Assembly (NCBI GenBank): GCA_963755915.1
Contig: CAVWLP010000003.1
Location: 1,152,001 to 1,216,000 of the forward strand
DNA: 64,000 nt
From: an uncultured Phycisphaerales bacterium
Lineage (GTDB): Bacteria > Planctomycetota > Phycisphaerae > Tepidisphaerales > Tepidisphaeraceae
Reading direction: 5' to 3'
The translations under genes were made by a program, and so were the position numbers. The notes beneath the pieces were generated by a model. That model did not search any database. It had not been told where the DNA came from and saw only the letters and a program-made list of their open reading frames with translations. This document shows, in pieces, positions 50,820 through 61,695 of this stretch; positions within the stretch are counted from its first letter, which is position 1; each line of letters starts with the position of its first letter.

Positions 50820-52788
50820 ATGAAGAAGTCGCGTCTGGCTTTAAATTCGGCCGTTATTTTTGGCGCCGGGCTTTGCTGGCTGCCTGGTGTGGCGTCGGCG
50901 CAGTCGTTTGTGGGTAGCCCGCAGACGGATGGGGATACGATTTACCTGGGGTCGGGCGGCCAGGGAGTTAATCCCACCGCCGCTACGCCCGTTCCTAACC
51001 GATCCAACGGTAGTGGGGGACAATTCGGGAACAACGGCGACATAATTGCCAGCGTCGTAATTGCGACTGGCTACGAGGACGTACAAAATACTTCGACCAC
51101 CATTCCCACTAACGCGATTACACAGCCGACAATTTTCTTCCAGATTAATGTCTATAACCCCAGCACCGGCACCGCGACCGATATCACCAACAGTTCGCAG
51201 TCCGGCTACTACACCGACTACGACCTCATGCTGGAAACGAGCCCCGGGGCCGGCCTCGTATCCACGCCTGCCACCGTCACAAACCCGTCCAGTTATGGTA
51301 ATCCTTTCGGAATCAGCACCGGCGAGAATTACTTCATCGCCGGCTACAACACCAGATCCGGAAGTCCCAGCACCAGCGGCAACAACGAAGTGTACAACTA
51401 TTCGTCGGGCGCCTGGAGTGAGATCGGCGGGAACAATTCATCGCCCTACAACGCGACCACCACGGTCATCACCACGACCTCGATGACATACGGCATTCCG
51501 ATTAACGAACTCGGTCTCAACATCGGCAATAACTTTACATTTGACGCCTATACGACCTTCGGCGTTCCTGGCGGCCAGTCCGCCTACGACGATCTTGACG
51601 ATCCCTCTTTTGCACCCGCGGATTACTATCCCTATTCCAACGGCGCGGGAACGCCCACGCCTTTCGACAGCGCAACCTATAACAGCGGAACGAATCAGAA
51701 TTCGCTGGCCAGCTATACGGTTCTTTCACCGACGTTGACGTGGAATAACGCCGGTGCGCCGCGGGGACGGCGGACGGAATCACCTGGGTTGCCGCGACGA
51801 ACAGTACAGCGCCGACGAGTCTGAATTACAACTGGAACAACGGGATGTACGCGGACTACTACGTTGATGGGGCCAACGTAGTGTTCAGCGACAGCATTGG
51901 GGGCACGAGCTCAGCGAATGTGACGCTGACGACGACGGTGAGCCCGGGGTCGGTGACCGTGAACAATAATGCCGAAAGTTATGCGATCACGGGCGGTGGG
52001 CTGATCGTCGACACTGGAGCTTTCACCAAGAGCGGAACAAACACGCTTACGCTGGGCGTCGGGCTTACGGCGAGCAGCCTGGCGATTAGCGGGGGAAATG
52101 TGATCCTGGCCAAGGGCGCGACGGCGGGAACGTGGTCGGCTGCTCATCCGAACAGCAACGTCAATATCTCGTCGCTGACGATCGCGGCGAACAGCGTGCT
52201 GGATATTACGAACAACCACGTGATCATCGACTACGGCAGCAGCGACCCGATGGCGATGATTTACGGGTATCTCAAGAGCGGATTCAACAACGGTGGGTGG
52301 AACGGGACATCGGGAATTATCTCGAGCAGGCGCAGAGTCCGACCAACGGCCTTCGCTATGGAATCGGCTGGGCGGACGGGAACGATAAGACCGGAAACGT
52401 TGCGGGACTCACGAGCGGGGAAATCGAATTGAAATACACGCTGCTGGGTGATGCGAATCTGGATCAAACAGTGAATGGATCGGACTTCTCGATCCTGGCG
52501 GCGAACTTCGGGCTGGGCGTGACAAACTGGGACCAGGGGAACTTCCTTTACGGCAGTTCCGTGAACGGCTCGGACTTCAGCGCGCTGGCGGCGAACTTTG
52601 GGCAAGGTGACAGCGGAGCGTCGGTGACGCCGGCGGACATCGCGGCACTGGACGCGTTTGCGGCGGCGAATGGGCTGCCCGCGCCGGACTTCGCATCGGT
52701 GCCGGAGCCGGCGACGCTATCGCTGGCGGCGTTGGCGGGGGTTTCGATCATGGCGCGGCGACGGGGGCGAACTTGCAAATCATCATGA
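50820..52788 (+). CDS. PEP-CTERM surface protein: unknown domain + beta-strand repeats + dockerin-like module (frameshifts near 51765 and 52327)
   Basis: GGAGG RBS, signal peptide; three collinear ORFs; YTLLGDANLD...; VPEPATLSLAALAGVSIMARRR. Confidence 0.8.
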
Positions 52789-52799
52789 GATGCGGGCGA

Positions 52800-52865
52800 T
52801 TGTCGGAAATTTGCAGATTGTGTTCGCAAATTTGCAGGCGATGCGGCGTTTGCGGGTGATATCCT
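52800..52865 (+). promoter_or_regulatory. Tandem operator + extended -10 element, site 4
   Basis: TTGTCGGAAATTTGCAGATTGTGTTCGCAAATTTGCA; TGaTATCCT with the hexamer at offset +60. Confidence 0.65.
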
Positions 52866-52883
52866 TTTGAAGGTCGTTGGTTA

Positions 52884-55166
52884 GTGGAGTATCAACCAAT
52901 CGGCAGGCGAGGGTTCAACTCGATGGGTCTGGCGGCCGCGGCGGCGGCGCCGGTGGTGTTCGCCGGGGTGGCGTGGGGGCAGCCGTTTTTCATGGGGTCG
53001 GACATATCGCTTGAGACGTTCATGCAACAGCAGGGGGTAACCTTTACCGACAACGGCGTGGCCGCGCCGGCGGATCAGATTCTTTACAACAACGGGGACA
53101 ATCTTTTCCGGCTGCGGCTGTTTGTGAATCCGAATACCAGCTACAGCGCCACGGAGGGGGCGATCCAGACGACGGCGTATGACATCGCGCTGGCGCAGCA
53201 GATCAAGGCGGATGACCCCAGCGCGAAAATCGAGCTGGATCTGCACTACTCCGATACCTGGGCCGATCCGGGAGATCAATATATTCCGGCGGCGTGGGCT
53301 GGGGAGACCAATGCGCAGCTCAATACTTCGCTTTACAATTACACGCTGAATACGCTCGATTCGTTCAAGTCCGCGGGGGTGATGCCGGATATCGTTCAAT
53401 TGGGGAATGAGATCAACAACGGAATGCTGTGGTATCCGCAGGGTTCGAGCACGGCGACGGTGGGATATACGGGAGAAGTCAGCTACACCGGGACGACGAT
53501 GCAGCAGCAGGCGTCGTGGGCGGCGTTTGGGCAACTGATTAATTCTGGCGTCGCCGCGGTGCATGCGGCGCAGGGTGCGGGGCCGAGGACGCAGATTTCG
53601 CTGGTGATCGGGAATGGGGATTCCAGCGGGGAGCCGCAATATTTTTTCGATACGCTCACCAGCCCTTCGTGGGGAAATGTGCCGGCCAGCAGCTTCGACA
53701 TCATGGGGGTGGATTTTTATCCATCGACCAACGATATGTCGACGCTCAGCACGAACATGACGGCGCTGGCGAACACGTTTAACAAGAAGATCATGGTGAT
53801 GGAGACGGCGGCGCCGTGGGAGACGGACAAATCGCTGACGTTTGATCCAGCGTATTCGCCCTATACTGCGGCGAACCAGGCGGCTTATTTGAGCGCGCTG
53901 GCGACGACCGTTGAAGATCTGCCAAACAACGATGGGATGGGGCTGATGTACTGGTATCCGGAATCGGTGCAGATTCCGGGGTATTCGATTTATAACGGGG
54001 GAGCGACGGCGCTTTTCAACAAATCTTACCAGGCGCTGCAGGCGGTGAGCGATTTCAGCATAACGCAGCATCAATGGAACACGTCCGCTTCCGGAACGTG
54101 GAGCACGAGTTCGAACTGGACGAATTCTTCGCCGAGTGGGAGCGATGTGGAGGCGGATTTTCTGGGGGCGATTACAACGGGGCAGACGATTACCGATTCG
54201 TCGACGACGACGCTGGGGATGATTCGGTTTGAGAACGCGAACACTTACACGCTTTCGGGAACGGGATCGCTAACGCTGCTGGCGAGCGTGGGGTGGTCGT
54301 ATATCGTGGTGCAGCAGGGGACGCAGCAGATTAATCTGCCGGTGACGGTGGCGAGCAGTGCGCAGTTCAGCGTGGGGGCGGGATGTACGCTGAATCTTGG
54401 GGGCGCGGTTACGGTGAATTCGGGGCAGGTACTCAGCCCGAGCGAGACGGGGATCATCAATTATCAGTCGTCGGTGACCGTCGATAGCAACGCCAGTATG
54501 TCGTTTGCGAATTCGACGAATACGCCGTCGCTGACGATTGCCGCGGGCGGGTCGGCAGCGATCACCGGGACGGGGGTCGTGCTGCAAACGAGTTCGCTGA
54601 ATAATAACGGGACGCTGGACGTTCAGAACAACGAGCTGCTGATTAATTATGGCAGTTCGGATCCTATCGCGTCGGTGCGGGCGGAGCTGATGGCCGGATT
54701 TAACAACGGCTCGTGGAACGGGTCGAGCGGAATTGTCTCCAGCGTGGCGTCAGTGAATGCGAACTACGGGCTGGGATGGGCGGACGGCGTTGTCGCGGGA
54801 CTTTCCAGCGGGCAGATCGAGGTGAAATATACGCTGCTGGGGGATGCGAACCTCGACGGGGTGGTGAACGGGTCGGACTTCAGCATTCTGGCGGCGAATT
54901 TTGGGACCGGGGCAACGAACTGGGACCAGGGGAATTTTCTGTACGCGAGTTCGGTGAATGGATCGGATTTTTCGGCGCTGGCGGCAAATTTCGGGCTGGG
55001 GGCGAATGTAACGGCGGCGGATGTGGCGGCGCTGGATGCCTTTGCGGCGGCGAATGGGCTGCTGGCCGATGTGCCGGAGCCGGAGATGCTGGGGCTGGTG
55101 GCGGCAGCGGGAATGGCGGGACTTGCGCGGCGGCGGCGGGTGGGCGCACGGTTTGCCGCGAGATAA
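52884..55166 (+). CDS. GH53 galactanase fused to beta-strand linker, dockerin-like module and PEP-CTERM
   Basis: GSDIS, DLHYSDTWADPG, QLGNEI, MET, YWYPE; GDANLDG; VPEPEMLGLV...RRRR. Confidence 0.92.
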   Translation: MEYQPIGRRGFNSMGLAAAAAAPVVFAGVAWGQPFFMGSDISLETFMQQQGVTFTDNGVAAPADQILYNNGDNLFRLRLFVNPNTSYSATEGAIQTTAYDIALAQQIKADDPSAKIELDLHYSDTWADPGDQYIPAAWAGETNAQLNTSLYNYTLNTLDSFKSAGVMPDIVQLGNEINNGMLWYPQGSSTATVGYTGEVSYTGTTMQQQASWAAFGQLINSGVAAVHAAQGAGPRTQISLVIGNGDSSGEPQYFFDTLTSPSWGNVPASSFDIMGVDFYPSTNDMSTLSTNMTALANTFNKKIMVMETAAPWETDKSLTFDPAYSPYTAANQAAYLSALATTVEDLPNNDGMGLMYWYPESVQIPGYSIYNGGATALFNKSYQALQAVSDFSITQHQWNTSASGTWSTSSNWTNSSPSGSDVEADFLGAITTGQTITDSSTTTLGMIRFENANTYTLSGTGSLTLLASVGWSYIVVQQGTQQINLPVTVASSAQFSVGAGCTLNLGGAVTVNSGQVLSPSETGIINYQSSVTVDSNASMSFANSTNTPSLTIAAGGSAAITGTGVVLQTSSLNNNGTLDVQNNELLINYGSSDPIASVRAELMAGFNNGSWNGSSGIVSSVASVNANYGLGWADGVVAGLSSGQIEVKYTLLGDANLDGVVNGSDFSILAANFGTGATNWDQGNFLYASSVNGSDFSALAANFGLGANVTAADVAALDAFAAANGLLADVPEPEMLGLVAAAGMAGLARRRRVGARFAAR

Positions 55167-55254
55167 TTCGCTGCAGGGCTCTCATCGGCGAAACTTTTCC
55201 TCAATTCGCGCGTCAAACTCCCAGTCATCTCGCTTTGTGATGAAGGGTGGATTT

Positions 55255-56526
55255 ATGTCGCGAACGGTCTATTTTCTGACGGCGTCAATCATCTGCGTCC
55301 TGCTTGTCGCATTAAAATTGCACGGATCGATTGCCGGGGATTCGGACTCAGCCGTTTATCCAACCGCCCCGCCGGAGGATGTGAAGGCGGCGGCCGCGAG
55401 CAATAACGCGTTTGCCGTCAATCTTTACGCGAAGCTTTCCTCCTCGCAGGGGAATCTACTCTTTTCGCCTTACAGCATCGACACGGCGCTGGGGATGGCG
55501 TATGGCGGAGCGCGCGGAAATACGGCGGCGCAGATGGCGCAGACGCTGAAATTTTCGATTCCAGATGCGCGGTTGCATCCGGCGCTGGGAGGCGCTGGCA
55601 GGTGCGCTCAGCGGGGAAGCCTGGGCGAATGGCAAGCAGTTGTTCGATCTGTCCGTCGCCGACGCGGTCTGGACGCAGCAGGGATTCCATTTCGATCCGA
55701 CGTATATCAACCTGCTGCAGACGAATTATGCGACGGAGCTGCACCAGTCGGATTTCGCCGGGAATTCGGGGCAGGCGTGCAACGACATTAACCAGTGGGT
55801 GGGGAAGAAAACCAAGGGGATGATTCCCGCTGCGCTGGGCCAGCTCGATCCCGCGACCCGGCTGGTGCTGGTGAACGCGATTTATTTTAAGGGGAAATGG
55901 CAACTTCAGTTCAAGAAGGAGCAGACGTCGGATCAGCCGTTCCATCTGGATGCCGGTAGCAGCGTCTCTTCGCCGCTGATGTTTGAGGAAATCAATTGCC
56001 GTGCGGCGGAAAATAGGGACTTGCAGGCGGTGGAACTGCCGTATCAGGGGGACAAGCTTTCGATGGTGGTGATCCTGCCGAGGACGGTGGATGGATTGGC
56101 GGCGTTGGAGAAGAAACTTTCGCCGGATGTTCTGGATCAATTGATCGGCGAGATGGTGCTTCAGGATGTCAACGTGCATTTGCCGAAGTTCAAGATGTCG
56201 GGGCGATTTGATCTGGTGGGGGTTCTGGGATCGATGGGGATGAGTGATGCTTTCGATCCCGCATTGGCGGATTTTCGGGGATCACCACCCAGGAGCGGCT
56301 GTATATCAACTCGGCGATTCATCTGGCAAAGATGGACTTGAACGAAGAGGGGACGGAAGCGGCGGCGGTGACGGTGATCGGTGTGAGGGCAGGGATTGCA
56401 ATGCCCGCCCCCCCACCGCCGCTGGAGTTCCGGGCGGACCATCCGTTTTTGTTCATGATCCGCGACAACAGCTCTGGGGCGATCTTGTTTATGGGGCGGT
56501 TGGTAAACCCGCAAAACGCGGCGTGA
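55255..56526 (+). CDS. Serpin (frameshifts near 55588 and 56279)
   Basis: NNAFA..LY, N..FSPYSI, INQWV..KT.G.I, LVNAIYFKGKW, LPKFK, hinge NEEGTEAAAVT, FRADHPFLF.IRD..SGAILFMGR. Confidence 0.9.
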
Positions 56527-56589
56527 AACGGCAGCAGACTTTCCCTGGCCGGATTAAACCTCATCTCTTAACAGGCCGATCTGGCCTGT

Positions 56590-57966
56590 ATGGGTTCGGG
56601 ACAACTGCGCACATCGTGGCGTCGGCGGCTTTGGATTGGGTGGTCTCTCGTTGCCCTGCTGATCATCACCATAATTGTGGGCAGCTTTGCGGCGTCGAAA
56701 GATAAGGGAATTCCCGCGAAAGGTATCGGGCTGGATTTCGTAGCATTTTATCGGGCGGGGGTGCTAGTCGATCAGGGGCAGGCAAATCAGCTTTATGATC
56801 TGAAGGCCACAGGGGATTTTGATCGTGAGCTGGTGCAGCGGGAAAAGTTGCCGCTGGAGAATAAGATCGGGCTCTTTTATAATCCGCCATTTTTTGCCTG
56901 GGTTTTTGCGCCGCTGGTGGGATTGGGATATTCGGCGGCGCTTGGGGTTTGGCTGGGATTTGGAATCGTGTGCTTTATCGCGGCGGCGTGGCTCATTGCC
57001 CGGATGGTTCCGCCACGGGTGACGCCGGGGAGTTTAAGTGAAGGAATGGGGGGGATGCCGGTGCGGCAGTGGAAGGATTGGGCGCTGGTGCCGGCACTGA
57101 TGTGCGTTTCGCTGCCGTTTATTCAGACAATCATGCATGGGCAGAACACGTTTCTGTCGCTGCTGCTGGCGGCGGGGGTAGTAACGATGTGGCGGCAGGG
57201 GCGGGGATTTGCGACCGGAGCGATGGCGGGGCTGCTGGTCTATAAGCCGCAGTTGGCGGCGGTGATCTTGGCGGCGGTCGTCGTGACCCTGGGGTGGCGG
57301 GCATTTTTGGGGGCGGTTGCGAGCATTGGGGGGTTGCTGCTGATTAATGTGGTGACGTTGCCGGGGAGTCTTCAGGATTACTTCAGGCGACTGGGGCCGG
57401 ATTTCACATGGATGCTGGCGAATCATTCGTATCTGTGGGAAAGGCATGTGACGTTTCGAGGGTTCTGGCAGGTGATTCTTCAGAATGCGTCGCCGGGGGC
57501 GGCGGCTGGACTGGCGCCGAAGCTGGCGATTTTGTGCGCGGCGCCGCTGGGAGTTTGGGTGGCGGCGTGTGTGTGGAGGAACCGCAAGTCGATGGAGCGC
57601 GATCGCATGATCGCGGCGGTGATGATGGCTTCGCCATTGATGATGCCGTATTATGTCGATTACGATCTGCTGCTGCTGGCCTTGCCGGCGGTTTTGTTCG
57701 CGGGGGAAATGATGCAGCGCGATGCGGGGTCACCTATGAATGCGCGGGATAACTGGGTCACTCGGCTTTGGGTCGGGTTGTTTCTTTTGATGCTGGTGAA
57801 TCCGGGGTTGACCAAGACGTTTCATTTTAATCTTTGCGTTCCGGTGCTCTGCATGATTGCAGTGCTGTTGATTTCGCGGGCCTGGGGAAAAGAAGCGGTG
57901 CAGAGGGGGAATGAGACGGCCGTGGTGACGTCGGCGGATCGGACGCCGCTGAGCGCGGCGGCTTAA
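56590..57966 (+). CDS. GT87 / DUF2029-like membrane glycosyltransferase
   Basis: GLDFVAFY.AG, FYNPPF, GQNT, YKPQL, PY...YDL. Confidence 0.85.
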   Translation: MGSGQLRTSWRRRLWIGWSLVALLIITIIVGSFAASKDKGIPAKGIGLDFVAFYRAGVLVDQGQANQLYDLKATGDFDRELVQREKLPLENKIGLFYNPPFFAWVFAPLVGLGYSAALGVWLGFGIVCFIAAAWLIARMVPPRVTPGSLSEGMGGMPVRQWKDWALVPALMCVSLPFIQTIMHGQNTFLSLLLAAGVVTMWRQGRGFATGAMAGLLVYKPQLAAVILAAVVVTLGWRAFLGAVASIGGLLLINVVTLPGSLQDYFRRLGPDFTWMLANHSYLWERHVTFRGFWQVILQNASPGAAAGLAPKLAILCAAPLGVWVAACVWRNRKSMERDRMIAAVMMASPLMMPYYVDYDLLLLALPAVLFAGEMMQRDAGSPMNARDNWVTRLWVGLFLLMLVNPGLTKTFHFNLCVPVLCMIAVLLISRAWGKEAVQRGNETAVVTSADRTPLSAAA

Positions 57967-57988
57967 TTTGGGATTGTGAGGAACACAT

Positions 57989-58929
57989 ATGCGGCTTTCG
58001 ATTGTTATTCCACTTTTGAACGAAAAAGAAAGTTTGCGGGAGCTGCATCGGCGGCTGTGTGCCGTCTGCGAGAAGATCGGATGCGAGCGGGACATCATCC
58101 TGGTGGATGATGGGAGCAACGATGGGTCGGCGGACGTGATCCGGGAGCTTTCGGCAGCAGACAAGACGGTGACGGGGCTACGGCTGTCGCGCAATTTCGG
58201 GCACGAGGCGGCGAGCACGGCGGGGATGGATATCGCCCACGGCGATGCGACGATTCTGATGGATGCGGATTTGCAGGATCCGCCGGAGATGATCGAGGAG
58301 ATGGTCAAGCTCTGGAAGGAAGGGCATGAGGTTGTTTACGCGGTGCGGCGGACACGATCCGGGGAATCGCCGGCGAAACAGGCGGCGGCGTGGCTCTTCT
58401 ATCGCGTGCTGAATTGTCTGTCGGATGTTCCGATTCCGCTGGACGTGGGTGATTTTCGGCTGATGGATAGCCGGGTGATGCAGTCGCTGCGGAACTGCCG
58501 CGAGCAGAACCGGTTTGTGCGCGGGCTGGTGGCGTGGACGGGGTATCGATCGGCGGCGATTCATTACGATCGGCCGGCGCGGAGTTCGGGGGAGACGCAT
58601 TATGGGATCTGGAAGCTGATGTTCCTTTCGCTGGACGCGTTTTTTGGGTTTTCGCTATCGCCGCTGCGGTTGGCATCGGTGGCGGGGATTTTCATCGCGG
58701 CCTTCAGCGTAATCTGGCGGTGGGGATCCCGGGGACGATGACGGGAAGTGCGCTGTTTTTCCTGGGGGGCGTGCAACTGATGTGTACGGGGATTCTGGGG
58801 GAATATATCGGGCGGATTTATCGGCAGGGGCAGAATCGGCCGTTGTATCTGGTGGCGGAGGAGATTCCGGCGACGGGGAGCGTGGTGGAGGCGGAGAGGC
58901 AGAGAGAGAAGGTTGTGGCGGCGGCGTGA
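57989..58929 (+). CDS. GT2 polyprenyl-phosphate glycosyltransferase, GtrB-like (frameshift near 58715)
   Basis: [38 protein letters not shown]; shifted [11 protein letters not shown]...RPLY. Confidence 0.9.
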
Positions 58930-58934
58930 GAAGA

Positions 58935-58969
58935 GAATGCCGAATGCCGATTGCCAAATGCCGAATGGA
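58935..58969. repeat. Heptamer tandem repeat
   Basis: GAATGCC GAATGCC GATTGCC AAATGCC GAATGGA. Confidence 0.75.
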
Positions 58970-59309
58970 ATACGTTGAGGGAATTGCGAGTTAAAAATTG
59001 GTGTCGGGGGCATGGGTACAAAAGGTAACAGTCCGCAACAAACTGGGGCGATTGGGTGGTTTGGGGTAGCGTATTGAGATTGATTTGTCGCATTAAGGAA
59101 GTGGAGATTCGGTTTTGCGACTCACGCTCTAATGCAGCGATTTGGTAGATTGATGTAGTTGGATTGTGGTGGAGCGATTGGTACGCGAAATAGCGTAAAC
59201 CGTCGTGACTATGATCGTTGTGGTTTGAGACGGCGCGGAAAGGGGTGTGGGGTATCCAAGGTTTGAACGGGTTTGGAAACGCCGATATTATTTAGAGCGA
59301 GTTTTGGCT

Positions 59310-59519
59310 ATGACGTTGACTCTGGAAGTTGAATTGCCTGATGACCTGGCCCGTCTGCGGCTGCCTAATGCAGTTGCCGCACGGTTGCAGTCATTGCTTG
59401 ATCGTCAGGATGCGGGGACACCGCTTTCGACCGCCGAGCGAGAGGAGGCCGAGGGGCTGGTCAGTCTGGCTGAATTTCTCGCCTTGCTACGCTTGCGCGA
59501 AGAACGAATGACGAAATGA
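59310..59519 (+). CDS. Small protein coupled to the HNH gene (antitoxin-like)
   Basis: MTLTLEVELP...RLQSLLDRQ..G..LS..E..E; ATGA overlap with the next gene. Confidence 0.7.
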   Translation: MTLTLEVELPDDLARLRLPNAVAARLQSLLDRQDAGTPLSTAEREEAEGLVSLAEFLALLRLREERMTK

Positions 59520-59926
59520 GCGGCGTTCCGACCGCACTTCGACAGACGGTGCTTTTGCGTTCGCAGGGGCGCTGCGAATATTGCCGCCTTTCGCAAGCCG
59601 CTCAAGAAGCCGCTTTTCACATCGATCATATTGTTCCAAGAGCTGCCGGAGGTCCGACCACCGAGGACAATCTTGCCGTGGCGTGTGTTTCCTGCTCGCT
59701 GCGAAAGGCGGCAAAACAATCCGGAATTGACCCTGAATCGGGTGAGGAGACGCCGCTTTATAATCCGCGCGCTCAGAAATGGGTCGAGCATTTTCTGTGG
59801 GACAACGAGGTGATCAAAGGCCTCACACCGGTTGGTCGGGCGACAATTTTGGCGCTGAAATTGAACCGTGCACTGATCGTTGCCATCCGCCGCGAAGAGA
59901 TGATTCGCGGGCGGCATCCGGTTTGA
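59516..59926 (+). CDS. HNH endonuclease
   Basis: CEYC, HIDHIVP...GG.T..DNLA.AC..C, LYNPR...W..HF.W, TPVGRAT. Confidence 0.9.
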   Translation: MSGVPTALRQTVLLRSQGRCEYCRLSQAAQEAAFHIDHIVPRAAGGPTTEDNLAVACVSCSLRKAAKQSGIDPESGEETPLYNPRAQKWVEHFLWDNEVIKGLTPVGRATILALKLNRALIVAIRREEMIRGRHPV

Positions 59927-60087
59927 ATTGGGCGAACTATGGAAGGAGATCGCTCATTGGTGATGTCTGCTGTTTGTTTCATGGGCGGGTGAAACGGCGA
60001 GCAAGCTCGCCGGCTACACGAGCCCTCACCCCTGCCCTCTCCCCGGGTACCGGGAGAGGGGGAAGAGCGGGAAAGGGACTAATCTGG

Positions 60088-61576
60088 TAATCCCGTTCGG
60101 CACGGGGTTCGCGCAAGCAGCAAGATATTGAGATTGCGCCTTTGATCTTTTTATGGCATGCTGCCGGACGTGCAGGCAAGACTGAAGGAAAAAGAGATCC
60201 TGTGCCTCGGACATCTGCGGCGCGTCTTGCGCTGCTGCCCACGCTGCGGGATGTGGGCTGTGAGCGGGATCGAGCCGGGAACCGCCAGCTTCACTTCGAC
60301 GATTATTGCAAGCTGGTTTTGCTTTACACCTGGAATCCGCTGATCCAATCCCTGCGGGATCTTCAGGAGGTTGCTGAAATGCCCAAGGTGGCCAAGGCGC
60401 TGGGAATTAAGCGTTTTTCCGTGGGCAGTTTCTCTGAATCGGTTCGGGTGTTCGAGCCGGGGCGTTTGACGCCGCTGATTGAGGAATTGGCGGGGGAACT
60501 GCCCCAGGCGCCCGATCCGCGTCTTGCGGACTTTGGGCAGGCGATCACGCTGGTCGACGGGACGGTGCTGACGGCGCTGAGTCGGCTGGCCAAATCCGCT
60601 TGCGGCATCGATGCGCGCTACAACACCTCCCGGGACGGGAAAGCGGTCTATGGCTGGCGTTTGCACGTTCAATTCGATCTGGAGACGTTCAAAGTCCATC
60701 GCCTCGACCGCACTGGCGCTCGCAACGCGGGGGCCAACCGTGAAAACAACGTCCTGCGGCGCAGCCTGGAAGCAGGACGGTGCTATGTAGGAGACGGCGG
60801 CTACGCCGACCGGAGCCTCTTTGCGGACATCGCCGCGGCGCAAAGCTCCTTTGTGATGCGGGCCGCGGAAAACTCGGTGTTTGAGCTGTTTGAAGAACGA
60901 TTGCTTTCACAGGAAGCATTGGACGGCGGCGTGGTGCGAGACGCGCTGGTGAAACTCGACGGCCTGGAGACGGCGGCGGATAGGGTGGTGCGACGGGTGG
61001 AAGTGCAGGTGAAACCCCATCCGCGCCGCACGCGCAGCGGCAACAAGCCGACGGACCTGATCATCCTGTACACGAACCTGCTGGACCTGCCGGCGGAATT
61101 GATCGCCCTGATTTATCTGTACCGCTACACCGTTGAGTTGTTCTTCCGGATCTTCAAGCAACTGCTGGGCATGCGTCACCTGCTGAGCCAACGCCAGGAG
61201 GGGATCGACATCCAAATCCACTGCGCGCTGATCGTCTGCGTGCTGATTCAGCTGATCAGCGGCAGGAAGCCGAACAAGGCGATGCGGAACATGATCGGCT
61301 GGTATCTGCTGGGGCTGGCCGAGGAACAGGACGTGCTTCGATTCCTGAACAAGCCGGATAACACCGGGATTAAGCTGAGGGCAAGAGCGGAGGCCTTGAA
61401 AAAACTGGGAGTAAACTGAAGGGGAATCCGTCGCCGCGGAGACCTCGCGGTTGATGCTGCGCTCTTGCGGACGCCGGCGTGCAGCAGGGGAAAGTAAAAG
61501 TATCTAAGCTTCAATTGTTTCGCGTCCTCCACAGCTTTGGAATGCTCCGATGAAGCCTGCGTGCCGAACGGGATTA
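60088..61576 (+). mobile_element. IS4-family insertion sequence, complete
   Basis: Perfect 17-bp TIR TAATCCCGTTCGGCACG; 9-bp TSD CTAATCTGG at 60079-87 and 61577-85. Confidence 0.93.
60158..61419 (+). CDS. IS4-family transposase (probable frameshift near 60230)
   Basis: LVDGT, VGDGGY, IYLYRYTVELFFR.FK; N-terminus MLPDVQARLKEKEI lies in the adjacent frame. Confidence 0.9.
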
Positions 61577-61695
61577 CTAATCTGGCTTGGAAGTTGCGAA
61601 ATCCATTGGCGGGGTGGTACAAGTGCCACTCAATATAAAAGTCAACGGAGGGGTTCATGCGTGTCGAGCGTTTACGGGGTAAGCCGGCTAATCGA

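Noticed and set aside
52420-55070. Cellulosome
   Set aside because: Dockerin-like modules are present but no cohesin or scaffoldin, and each protein has its own PEP-CTERM anchor
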